NCBI GenBank assembly: GCA_965112735.1
Contig: OZ218951.1
Coordinates: 4,092,001-4,156,000 of the forward strand
Length of the DNA stretch: 64,000 nt
Direction: 5' to 3'
Source: Phaeosaccion multiseriatum
Taxonomy: Eukaryota; Protista; Ochrophyta, other classes
In this document: in pieces, positions 34,762 through 47,600 of the stretch
Layout of the letters: each line of letters starts with the position of its first letter
How positions within the stretch are numbered: the first letter of the stretch is position 1
Translations under genes and position numbers: made by a program
Notes under the pieces: generated by a model
Databases searched by the model: none
Told to the model about the DNA's origin: nothing
The model's input: only the letters and a program-made list of their open reading frames with translations

Positions 34762-36000
34762 CTTGGGCGTTTGGGGTGCGTAGCGACGACTCCGAGACAA
34801 ACGGGTGGAAGGCGACGTTCGACTTGGCGATGGTGCAGATGCTGATGCGCAGTCTCTATGCTGATGCGCAGTCTCTCTGCGGCGTAGCGTATGAGCTCCT
34901 CAGTAGCGAAGCTCCGATCGACAGTCAGGACCATGGTCTCCACCGCAGTCTTCAGGTCACTGTGACGCAGGAGTTGATCGATGAGCAGACGCACACGCGT
35001 CTTCGCATCCTCGCCTTACCGGTCCAGCCTGATTCGACGTGAAGGGGGTGTTCGGAGGAGTGAAAGGACCCGACGAGTGTTGTTTAGACGCACAGAGACA
35101 GCAGAACATTGCCCCCCCCCCGGCGCCATCCCGCCGAGCCCCACAGACCCCCTCGAGTATCGCCGCCCCAGCGGCGACGTCCACCCCCCAGCCCTCCTTG
35201 CCCGCCTTCCGCATGTTCCGCTTCAGAAATGGAACATGCTTGGATCTGGTCTTCAGGAGCTCGTCGTCGATCACTCCACTTGAATAGGCAGGCAGTGTTG
35301 AACAGAAATCGGAGCGACTTGCTTAGCGCCTTCCTCTCAAAGACGTCACAGTGCTTCGTCGGATCCAATTGAGTGTGCCAGGCCGCACCACTCGGCTGCC
35401 ATCAGGAGTGAGCAGTAGCTATCAGAGCAGGGAGGAGACAAAGGAGCCTTGGCTTAGGAGGGCATAGGAGTGGAAGTCGCGCCCACCCACGCACACCCAC
35501 ATAAGCATCGAAGCAGGGGCAACCAGAGGAGCGTAGAGTCCATTGCTCACCACACTCTACCGAGCCCTCCACCTCCCACATGCCGACACCCGTGTCACCC
35601 TCACATGAGTCGCGGAAGCCGTATACGGGCGTAGGTGTGCGAAGATGAATCTGAATCGATCCACGCTCATGGAGCGTACATGCGGGTACAGACGGCGGCA
35701 GTCCTCGAAGGCCACGGACAGGCAGGGACACCCTCACCGTGCTCAAGAAGAAGCACATACCGAGGAAGACCCACATCTCATCCAGGTTAATCCGGTCGGC
35801 CCCGTTCTGGATCCCCTCGTTCGCCCACCCGACGAGCGAGCTCCAAGGCCAGGTCCTTCTGGAGGACCCGGCCGCAGACAATTCCCTCCGTCAGGTCGAG
35901 TTGCTCTCAGACCAAAGCAGCCTGTCTATCCCCTTGGCCATATACTCGGTGGACTTGCTTCCGCGCGGCCTCGTCTAGCGCCGTACCTCTGAAGTCCTGT
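34762..36000 (-). pseudogene. Decayed piggyBac-like (DDE_Tnp_1_7-type) transposase
   Basis: Across frameshifts: INLDEMWVFLGM, MSVDRFRFIFAHL, IDDELLKTRSKHVPFLKRNMRKAGKEGWGVDVAA, LTVDRSFATEELI..LRISICTIAK. These parallel the piggyBac motifs E+..FLG, MS..RF, IDE.....G......KP.K.G and DN.F.S..L...GT. A 19-bp tandem duplication at ~34841-34878 breaks the frame. Confidence 0.65.
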
Positions 36001-36384
36001 TCCATCATCACCTCCACCCTGTCTGGTGGCTCTTGCACGTCCCACTCCTCCCTGTTGGCCTCCTTTGTTCAGCCGCAGTAGGCAGTCTTCCCGCACCAAA
36101 GCCCCCACCCAACATTTCCTCCTCACTACCATCGTTCCCACCTACGTGCTGCTCGGCTGCCGCGGCGGCAGCAGCGCCCTCGAGTGCATTTCTGTCCGCA
36201 AGCAAGAGCCGCGGTAGCTAGGCGTATTTTTTTTACAGGCCTTGCTTTAAGTGCTTCTTCGTCTTCGACCCAAAGCAATTCATTAATTCTTACGGGGGTT
36301 TAAAGCGACTGGGGACATTCGAGGGACATGGCCCCATTTAAGCCTTACTTGGACGCTATGGGCTAATCCAAGGACCCTGCTCTA

Positions 36385-38345
36385 GTAGTGAGTGGGTTAG
36401 TAGGGCATGGGTGCGTGGTTGCGTGGGTGAGTGGATGCGTAAGCGCTGATGGGTGCGTGGGTGGGTGTGTGGGTGGGTGTGTTTGTTGGTGAGTGAGTGA
36501 GTGGGTGGGTGGGTGGGTGGGTGGGTGGGTGGGTGCGTGCGTGGGTGGGTGCGTGCGTGGGTGGGTTGGGGTGTAGGGGGTGGGTTCGTGCGTGGGTGCG
36601 TGCGTGGGTGGGTGGGTGCGTGCGCGGGTGCGTGCGTGCGTAGGTGGGTGTGTGTGTGGGTGTGGGGGTGGGTGAGTGAGTGAGTCGGTAGGTGGGTTGG
36701 GTGGGTGTGGGGATGTGGGTACGTGGGTGGGTGCGTGCGTGGATGGGTGGGTGCGTGCGTAGGTGGGCGAATGCGTGGGTAGGTGGGTGGGTGGGGGTGG
36801 GGGTGGGTGAGTGTGGGTGGGGGTGGGGGTGGGTGGGTGTGGGGGTGAGTGAGTGAGTGAGTGAGTGAGTGAGTGAGTGAGTGAGTGAGTGAGTGAGTGA
36901 GTGAGTGAGTGAGTGAGTGAGTGAGTGAGTGAGTGAGTGAGTGAGTGAGTGAGTGAGTGAGTGAGTGAGTGAGTGAGTGAGTGAGTGAGTGAGTGAGTGA
37001 GTGAGTGAGTGAGTGAGTGAGTGAGTGGGTGTGTGGGTGGGTGGGGGTGTGGGTACGTGGGTGGTGTGCGTGGATGGGTGGGTGCGTGCGTGGGTGGGCG
37101 AATGCGTGCGTGGGTGTGTGGGTGGGTGTAGGGGTGAGTGAGTGAGTGAGTGAGTGAGTGAGTGAGTGAGTGAGTGAGTGAGTGAGTGAGTGAGTGAGTG
37201 AGTGAGTGAGTGAGTGAGTGAGTGAGTGAGTGAGTGAGTGGGTGAGTGAGTGAGTGGGTAGGTGGGTGGGTGGGGGTGGGGGTACGTGGGTGGTGTGCGT
37301 GGATGGGTGGGTGCGTGCGTGGGTGGGCGAATGCTTTTGTGAGTGAGTGAGTGAGTGAGTGAGTGAGTGAGTGAGTGAGTGAGTGAGTGAGTGAGTGGGT
37401 GAGTGAGTGAGTGGGTAGGTGAGTGTGTGTGTGTGGGTGGGGGTGGGGGTACGTGGGTGGTGTGCGTGGATGGGTGGGTGCGTGCGTGGGTGGGCGAATG
37501 CTTTTGTGAGTGAGTGAGTGAGTGAGTGAGTGAGTGAGTGAGTGAGTGAGTGAGTGAGTGAGTGAGTGAGTGAGTGAGTGAGTGAGTGAGTGAGTGAGTG
37601 AGTGAGTGAGTGAGTGGGTGTGTGGGTGGGTGGGGGTGTGGGTACGTGGGTGGTGTGCGTGGATGGGTGGGTGCGTGCGTGGGTGGGCGAATGCGTGCGT
37701 GGGTGTGTGGGTGGGTGTAGGGGTGAGTGAGTGAGTGAGTGAGTGAGTGAGTGAGTGAGTGAGTGAGTGAGTGAGTGAGTGAGTGAGTGAGTGAGTGAGT
37801 GAGTGAGTGAGTGAGTGAGTGAGTGGGTGAGTGAGTGAGTGGGTAGGTGGGTGGGTGGGGGTGGGGGTACGTGGGTGGTGTGCGTGGATGGGTGGGTGCG
37901 TGCGTGGGTGGGCGAATGCTTTTGTGAGTGAGTGAGTGAGTGAGTGAGTGAGTGAGTGAGTGAGTGAGTGAGTGAGTGAGTGGGTGAGTGAGTGAGTGGG
38001 TAGGTGAGTGTGTGTGTGTGGGTGGGGGTGGGGGTACGTGGGTGGTGTGCGTGGATGGGTGGGTGCGTGCGTGGGTGGGCGAATGCTTTTGTGAGTGAGT
38101 GAGTGAGTGAGTGAGTGAGTGAGTGAGTGAGTGAGTGAGTGAGTGAGTGGGTAGGTGGGTGAGTGAGTGAGTGAGTGGGTAGGTGGGTGGTGTGCGTGGA
38201 TGGGTGTGTGGGTGGGTGTGGGGGTGGGTGAGTGAGTGAGTGTGTTGTAGGTGGGCGTGGGGGTGGGTGAGTGAGGGTGTGGGTGCGTGGGTGGGTGGGT
38301 GGGTGCGTGGGTGCGTGGGTGCGTGCGTGAGTGAGTGAGGGAGGG
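36385..38345. repeat. GGGT/GAGT satellite with ~585-590-bp higher-order repeat (copy 2)
   Basis: Core gggtacgtgggtggtgtgcgtggatgggtgggtgcgtgcgtgggtgggcgaatgc + (GAGT)n recurs at ~37051, 37280, 37447, 37640, 37865, 38032. Confidence 0.92.
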
Positions 38346-39052
38346 AGTGAGATAGTGCGTGCAGTAGGTCTGTGTGATAGCTTCAGGGAGGGTGCGGCGG
38401 CCAGGACAGCGCTCCGGCGGGTGATACATGTAGACGGGTGGGGTGCAAAGGAACTGGAACTGTCTTGCCTGTAAACAGGCCATCTGTAAAATGAACATTG
38501 CTGGCCCCATTGAAGCCTTACTTGGACGCTATTCCGCCCCGCGATTGGTGCTCCTTCTCCAAGAACCTTAGCCCTATGTAGGAGTGAAGTATAAGTATAG
38601 GTTTAATTAAGGCACCCAGTACACAGCGTCTTACTTGGGTTGGCTCAAGTCTAAATGTGGCGCTCGGATCCGAACTTCACTCCCACGTCGTACCAGAGGA
38701 AGAACAGCAGCCCCCAGTGCATCCCAAGCAGCAATACGGGCGGGACGGATACAGCAGCCAGGCCAGATAAACCTGCCGGAGGAGCCCTCGGGGCTGACGA
38801 AGAGAAGCCCTGGGGAGGTACGTAAGCGATGTACTTAAGGGACGAAGGGGGTGGGAGGGGGTTGGCATGGGTAAAAGAGACGAATACCTGTAGCGAGAGA
38901 GAAACAAGTCATGGAGCTATGTTCTTCTCTTGGCTACCAATCGGCCCCCGTGGCCATTCCTCCCATTCCCCCTCCTGCTTGCCCCCGCACTCGCCTTCTT
39001 CCCGTTGTCTTCTCTCTCGTCCCTAAAGTAAAAGGCATCTCTTCAAAAGGGT

Positions 39053-39068
39053 GGTGTTAAGAAACACC
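39053..39068 (-). promoter_or_regulatory. Histone H4 3' stem-loop
   Basis: 6-bp stem, 4-nt loop, ACCC tail, 66 nt after the stop codon; GAAGAGAT downstream. Confidence 0.88.
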
Positions 39069-39134
39069 AGTGTTGGTTGGGTTGACGCCACAAAGCTGGG
39101 TGGCGAAAGGCTAAAGGGCAAAAACAGAAAGCGT

Positions 39135-39656
<522 letters not shown>

Positions 39657-40135
39657 TTACTAAAAAAGGCCTCTTCTCTCCCTCATCCAGTATCCATCTC
39701 TTCCCCCCTGTTTCCTCCCTCTTCCTCCTCTTCTTACATGGAGAGAAGTTCTCGTGTGTGTGTTGTGGGTCTCGCTCCCCTCCCCCCCCGCCCCCCTGGG
39801 TGGCGGTCCGGGGTACTCGTATCGACTTTGGATTTTTGCGCCTCCCCTCGATTGACTTGGATAAAGTATGGGCGCTCACAAGCGTCAGGCTAAGGAAATT
39901 TCTGGCCGAATTTCAACCGCTGGACACCGTTTGGTTTGGGCAATCACCCAGGGCTCGACTTCACAAAACTTCACTACTCCCCAAAACCCCAACGTGAGAT
40001 GTGTGTGTGTGTGTGTGCCTTGTCTGAGGGAGGAGGGGGAGGAGAGATCGAGAGAGAGAAAAAGGGGGTGCATGTCTGCTGATTGGGGAGATGCCGCGTG
40101 AGTGACCCTCGTGCCCACCGTCTTGTCTTGTCTAA

Positions 40136-40675
<540 letters not shown>

Positions 40676-40790
40676 ATGCCCTCTTGCTTTGCCCGTGTGA
40701 TGTGCATCGAGTAGCTCCGGGGATGAGAGAGATCTCAATTCATTTTGGTCTACGTACTGCCACCGCACGCACGACAAAGCAACCAACACT

Positions 40791-40806
40791 GGTGTTTTTT
40801 AACACC
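40791..40806 (+). promoter_or_regulatory. Histone H3 3' stem-loop
   Basis: GGTGTT-TTTT-AACACC-ACCC, 115 nt after the stop; GAGAT 12 nt past the stem. Confidence 0.88.
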
Positions 40807-41418
40807 ACCCTTGCACTCGAGATTCTTGCCCATTGCCGAAGGCCTCTCTCCAACGCCACCACCTCCACCTCTTGTGGCCTGCCTACCACCGACTCACTCC
40901 CCCATTTCCATGCCTCAGCTCACCCCCCCGTGCCCCCTGGCTCCTTGTGTCGTAGTGCTTCTTCCCCTTCATCTGACTATGCGGCACAACTCGTGATCCT
41001 TCACGCTCTCGCTCACATTCACTCACTCACACTCGAGGAGGGAGTTTCGGTACGGCACCCTGCTTCGGGCACCATGCCTGCCAACGAAGCAGCGACCACG
41101 CTGGACTGGGGACTCATGGGGGTTGCTTCTCACGGATGCGGCACAGGGAGCCAAGCCGTGCCCAACAACCAACTAAGCATGCGTACGGCACTGCTGACAG
41201 CACTTTTGAGTCCTACACTGAACATGGAGTAGTATGATGTACGCGAAGTTAAAAAAAATAAAAATATCTCGTTCCTCGTGCTATCAAGTGAGCATCGGCC
41301 CCTCTCGCGGCCTGTGCCAACACGATACAAGAACACAATGCCATGACTTTAACTCATGCGGCTCTCATCGCAGCGACCCCGTTCGCTATCCCACCGCAGG
41401 CGAGATATGCCCCTTTCA

Positions 41419-43095
41419 TCATGCCATCTCCTCCGCCACCTCCTGCAGCACCTCAGGGCTGACCTCTCTCTGCGACACCTTCAGCCTCCCTTCCTTGCCA
41501 AAGAGACGGTCAGTGCCCCGCATCAGGTCCAACGCGCTTTGTGACGCAAAGAGATGTCTGTCCGCGGCCAAGAGGAATTCAACAGATGCTTCATTGCGAT
41601 GCTCTCGCGCTCTTGTCAGAACCTTTGCCAGTGATGCCCCTCCTGAGAGAAGGGGGGCAGTACAAAACAAGGGCGTTCCAGCGTTGCTAGTGCCCTCATG
41701 GTCAGGATCAGCCCCCGCAGACAGGAGCACACGGATCACTTCCTCATGACCCTCTATAGCAGCAGCCAGCCACAAAGCTGTGTACCCGTCAGCATGCACC
41801 ACCTCCACGTCAGCACCTGCTGAGATGAGCTCCCCCACGACGCGAGCATGGCCAAACTGAGATGCCAAGTGTATCGCTCCATACCCGTCGCCACTCATCG
41901 CATTCACCTCTGCCCCAGCCCTGAGCAGCTTCCGCACAATGCTTCTGTGCCCTTCCATCGATGCCATCATCAACGCACTTCTCCCGTGCACACCACTACG
42001 GCTGTCGAGTTCCGCGCCGGCTGCGATGAGCTGATCCACCACAAGGCCATGTCCATGTTCGCTTGCAGCATACAGCGCAAACCATCCGTTCGAGCATCCC
42101 AAATTCGCATCCGCCCCGGAGATGAGGAGCAGCTGCGTGACCCTGTGGTGACCCATTCTTGCGCCCATGTACAGGGCGGTGCGACCATCTCTGTCATCCA
42201 AGTGGTTGGGATCAGCGCCGGCCGACAGCAGCTGCCGCACCACCGCAAGATGTCCTTGTTGGGAGGCCATTAACGAGGGTGTAACACCTTGGGAATCTGT
42301 CTTATCGACCTCCGCGCCGGCTGACAGCAGCTGCTCCACCACCGCAACATGTCCTTCCTGAGAGGCCATGAATAAGGGCGTAACGCCTCCGAAATCTGTC
42401 TTATCGACCTCCGCGCCGGCTGACAGCAGCTGCTCCACCACCGCAACATGTCCTTCCCGAGAGGCCATGAATAAGGGCGGGATGCCTCCGAATCTGTCTT
42501 ATCGACCTCCGCGCCGGCTGACAGCAGCTGCTGGACCACTCTTTCATGTCCTTCAAATGAGGCTGTATGGAGGGATGAACGACCGTCTACCGTTGCCCGG
42601 TCCACCACTACACCTGCCGATAGCAGCTGCTGTACCACCGCATGATGTCCTTCCTCAGAGGCCAGTAGTACACCAAGGCCGTATAGCCTTCCGAATCTGC
42701 CTGGTCGACCTCTGCGCCAGCTGACAGCAGATGCTGGACCACTCTTTCATGTCCTTCAAGTGAGGCTGCGATCAAGGCCGTAAAGCCTTCCGAATCTGCC
42801 TTGTCGACCTTCGCCCCGACTGACAGCAGCTGCTGGACCACTCTTTCATGTGCTTCACGTGAGGCTGTAAAGAGGGATGTACGCCCCTTTATCGTTGGCC
42901 GGTCCACCTCCGCACCTGCCGATATCAGCTGCTGTACCACCGCATGATGTCCATTCTCAGAGGCTGCGATAAAGGCCGTAAAGCCCTCCGAATCTGCCTT
43001 GTCGACCTCCGCACCGGCTGACAGCAGCTGCTGGACCACTCTTTCATGTCCTGAGGGCGGGAAAGCGATGGGTCTGTTAAAGTCCCCCCCCGAAT
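41419..43095 (-). pseudogene. Intronless ankyrin-repeat gene (about 14 repeats) with frameshifts at ~42670 and ~42480, N-terminally fused to an FNIP half-repeat
   Basis: GxTPL/AL..AS..GH..VV..LL.AGA.VD repeats in three successive ORFs; near-identical 99-bp tandem units at ~42294-42530; DFNRPIAFPPS runs in frame into GHERVVQQLLSAG. Confidence 0.88.
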
Positions 43096-43900
43096 GATAA
43101 CAACTCGGGGGGGGGGGGACTTCAACAGACCCATCGCTTTCCCGCCCTCGCTGAGGAAGCTTACTTTCTCCCATCTCTCGCAGTCCAATCAGCCTGATGT
43201 AATCCTGCCGAGCTCGCTGGAGGAGGGACATTCGGGAGGGACAGCAGCGGCAGCAGCAACCTTGCGACGGCAGGAGGGGGCGGGGGGGCGGGGGGGGGGA
43301 GGAGGAGCAATGGTGACACCAGCAGTACCACCAATGCCACCAGCGGTGACAGCGGGGAGGAGTGGCGTCCTTCCAACGTGGTGCGCGTGCGAAAGGTTGA
43401 GTCCATTGGGAGCAGGCAGGACGGCGGCAATGGTACATTTTCCTACATCATCCATCTGAAGGGGGATCGATATCTTCAGATGGATGATGTAGTAGAATGT
43501 ACCATTGCCGCCGTCCTGCCTGCTCTCAATGGACTCAACCTTTCCCACGCGCACCACGTTGGAAGGACGCCACACCGCCCCGCTGTCACCGCTGGTGGCA
43601 TTGGTGGTACTGCTGGTGTCACCATTGCTCCTCCTCCCCCCCCCGCCCCCCCCGCCCCCTCCTGCCGTCGCAAGGTTGCTGCTGCCGCTGCTACACAGAC
43701 CCATCGCTTTCCCTCCCTCGCTGAGGAAGATTACATTCGACGTGAGCTCGGCAACAACACATCAGGCTGATTGAACGCCGAATTCACGTCGAAAGTAAGC
43801 TTCCTCAGCGAGGGAGGGAAAGCGATGGGTTTGTTGAAGTCCCTCCCGAACGTCACCAGCGAGCTCGGCAGGATCACATCAGACTGATTGAAAGCGTCAG
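43053..43900. other. FNIP-repeat array with an internal inversion and a 450-bp fold-back insertion, giving three tandem hairpins
   Basis: FNIP-type repeats (FGRDFNKPIAFPPSLRKLTF, FNQPDVILPSSL) on both strands; hairpins at 43053-43149, 43243-43692 and 43695-43834. Confidence 0.85.
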
Positions 43901-44170
43901 AGAAGAGCACACGCTTCGCGGACCGTGGTAACAGGAACAACACTTTGACAACGAGAGCCCCTTCAGTGGCAAGAAGGGAGCGTCCCCTCCTGGCGCCGAG
44001 ACGCACGGCGGTCACGCAAAGCCCGGCCCAGTCTCATCGCGTGTGAGCTCTCGGCAACTGGCGCTGTGCCCGCTTCCCCCCCCTGGCGTTATCACTCGCC
44101 AGCTATGAGTCAGCGGTGCACCAACTGGGAAAGGGCGGAGGCGTGACCCCCCGAAGATCATTCCCAAAGT

Positions 44171-44635
44171 ATGGTGAATTTCCGGGCCTGGTATGACTGG
44201 GGCTTTCCAGAGTCGTACTACGAGGAACATGGGGGCATCGGTATCGAGGCTATGATTCAGGTTCGAGGGCAAAGCTGTTGGAGTACGCATGAAGCGTTTG
44301 CCTAAGAACCATCCTCTGAGAGAGGGAGAAAAGGGCCAATTTTTTTAAGGCACCATCTGCTGCTACCATCTTTTCCTTCTCCTTTGGCTACTGCAGAGCC
44401 TGCTAAGCTTGAGTCTTCTCCTCCATTCACCGCCCTTGTTCTGCCTCCCAGAAAGGGCAACTGCCTAGCCAGGTCTTTTTACTGCAAGGTCTCTATGTAG
44501 GCATTGCCCTCTCTGTCCTGCGGCTGGCTTTGAACAGATTCGTTTTGGAGGTAAGTTTACTGTCATAAACGTGGGCGGCCTAGTGCGGCTTGGACCCGTA
44601 GCAACACAGAGGGACAGACAAAGCTACTGCTACTC

Positions 44636-44675
<40 letters not shown>

Positions 44676-47600
44676 AAGAGTTTGTCTCTTAGACCAATGC
44701 CCCCCTCTGTTCTACTATCCATCTTCACGCTGCTGCTGCTGCTGCTGCTGCTGTGTCACCAACGGTTGCTGCCCCGCGAGCAGCGCTTGGCAACCTTCTT
44801 ACTGGAGCTGCCGGAGCGAAGGCCCCCCCCGCCCATTCTTCGCATCGACACGTGCCTGCAGTATCGCAAGGGTATCGTCGTTCGGCCAACGGTAAGGGGG
44901 GAGATGGACGGGTTGGGGGTGGTGGGGGTCGAGGGAGGAGAGGGAGGGAGGGAGGGAGCAGGGAGCGGAGGCTTGTCAGACCTCGATTCGAGGTTGATGA
45001 AGGCCCCCAAGACTCGGCCGAGACTCGACAATGTAAAAAGGCGACCCCTGACGCGCTATTGAGCTATCGCCGATAGCGTGCCGGCCGCTGGCACCCTCCC
45101 CCCGCCGGGCGTAGTAGTCCAATTAGCTGAGCGGGGAGGGTCGAGGGGGGAATAGCTGATAGCGTGCCGGCAATAGCTGGTAGCGCGTCGGCTGCGCCGG
45201 CGAATAGCTGATATCGTGCGCGCTGATGCGGGCAATAGCTATAGCTCACAATAGCGCGTCAGGGGTCAACATTTGCCCCCCCCCCCCCCTTCTGCTCCTT
45301 TCTACTACCACGTCTTTACTACTGCCGCTGCTGCTACTAGTTCCACCAACTGCTGTTGTATCCACCCACTGCCGCTGCTGTATGCACCAACTGCTGCTGC
45401 AGACTGAGGAAGTGGAGGCTTGGACCGCACAGACGGGCTACAAGAGGAAGTTTGTGCTTGACTACATCCGGCAGCGCAGACTCGACGCTGTGCTGGCCAA
45501 GAAAATGAACAAGGTAGGTGTGTGTGGGTTTTGATATGTACGTGTGGCTGGAGCCCTTCCGAGCAGGTGCCCCCTCTCCCCTCCTCAGGCTCAGGGGCGG
45601 GGCGTGGGTGGCACCAGCGCGTCCCAACCCAAGAGGGGGAGCAGGACCAAGATGGGGACCTGTCGCTTCTCCGACGTAGAGCACTCACACACACACACAC
45701 ACACTGCACGTCTCTCCTTTGGCTCCCTCTACCACTGCTGCGATGCTCTCACCGCCCCATCTGCCCGCTGCTGCTGCTGTGCTCTCACTGCTCTCCACTG
45801 CCCCTCGCCATGCCGTCCCTCTGCACTACTCCTCTCGTCGCATCGCTTCGCGTTTGGCACTGCATCACACACACACACGCACACACACACACACTTGCCA
45901 TCACACCAACACGCCATCTCTTGGCATGACGTCACTTTCACCACTTGGCATCACTTGCACCACACCCACCTCATGGCACGCCACCACCTATCACGACATG
46001 TCCTTCTTCACCTCATGGCACGCCACCACCTATCACGACATGTCCTTCTTCAGTTCACAGAGGCGGCGTGGCGCTTTCTGCTGTATAGCTTCGCCGTGGG
46101 CTTTGGCGTGTGGGTGCTGCATGACGCAGAGTGGCTGTGGTAAGGAAGCAAGTAGCGAGCGAGGAGAGAAGTGAGGGCTCGATGGGGAAGATGGAGAATA
46201 TATATGTTTCCTTCCATGTAACTGCCATGTATCTGTAGCAGTAGTTGGTTTCTGAGCCGTGCTGTTGGGCTCCGCTCTCTCGGGGGTATGGAGGGTTAAG
46301 GGGGTGCGGAGTCGCTTGCTTGTAGAGGGGAGGGGCACTTGGACACAACGTCACTTGACAAGTACCTTTGGACAGGGGGGGGGGTCACGGGAGCGAGAAA
46401 GAGGGCGAACATGACTCTGACTTTGAAGACGCCTCTCTCCCCCCGGCTGCTTGCTTCCCCTCCCCCCCCCCCCCCCGCCGCCGCCGCCCTTCTCGTGTAA
46501 CTCTCCCTTCCCTCTCACTACTCTCCTTCCCCCGTCCCTTGCGTTGCCTTGCCTTCCGTCAGGGATCCCTTCACGCTGTGCTGGACGGAGTACCCGCAGC
46601 CAATACCGGACAAGTGTGCATGGTGGGTGTGTAAGGGGATCATTGACTTATGGGAATCAACCTAAGAATTACGTATGGGTGGATGGTGCGGCGGTAAGAG
46701 GGGCTCCTGTGCGATGTGTTGTGATGCCCCCAAGGCAGCCTAAGGCTACCTTCCTCCTCTTCTACCCTCCTCACCTCCTACCCCACCACCCTGTCTTCCT
46801 CCTCTCCCACCCTTCTCCCCTCCTAATCCGATCCTCCTACCCTCCTACTCCACCTTTCCACCCTCCTGCTACCCTAGGTACTACTTCCTGGGCACTGGCA
46901 TTTACATCCACCTGTCCATCTTTCAGTTCTTCGAGACCAAGAACTCCGACTTTTGGGAGATGTTCGCGCATCATGTCATCACCCTTGGGTAAGGTGTCAA
47001 AGTAAAAGACGCACATAACCTTACGTACCCTTTCCTCCCTTACATGAATGGCCCTACACCAGGGCAAGGGGGTCCCTTCCTCTTTTCCTGCCGTGCAGAC
47101 CTGGGGGGGTGACGGGCTCCTCAAACCCCTGACCTGACCGAGACCATTCCGACACCTCTGACTTGGGGTTCCAGCCTCCGTGTACCCATCTTGCACCTCA
47201 TGACCGCCCACCAACCCATCCATCCCCTCGCTCTTCCTGTCCCTCCGTCCGTGCTCCGCTCCTCCATGCCGCTCCTCCATGCCGCTCCTCCTCGCCCCTC
47301 CTCGTCTTCCTCCTGGCTGGGGCTGGCTGGGGCAGGCTGTTGACCTTCAGCTGGGTCATGAACTTCTACCGCATCGGCACGCTCATCATGCTGGTACGGA
47401 AGAAAAAGGGGTTGTGCAATATGACAGTAGTGTAGTGCAGTCGACTTGGTGGGGCGGGCGGGTGGGGGCATGGAACACCTCTTGACTCCCCTCTGCTGCT
47501 ACGTATAGGGCAGGTGTGGGTAGGCAGGGAGAGACAGAGAGACAGGAGGGGGGGGGGGGGGGGGCTCTATCCGAGACGTCGTCACTGTTCGCTCGCTCAA

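Noticed and set aside
36840-38150. Repeat-spacer pattern resembling a CRISPR array
   Set aside because: The spacers are all (GAGT)n rather than unique sequence; eukaryotic context and no cas genes.
41419-44015. Endogenous giant-virus segment
   Set aside because: Only ankyrin and FNIP repeats; no polymerase, capsid, packaging ATPase or other viral core gene, and the flanks are host genes.
44012-44290. Minus-strand ORF as the FNIP gene N-terminus
   Set aside because: It overlaps the first ceramide synthase exon (ATG 44171, +), which splices in frame; better explained as an antisense shadow.
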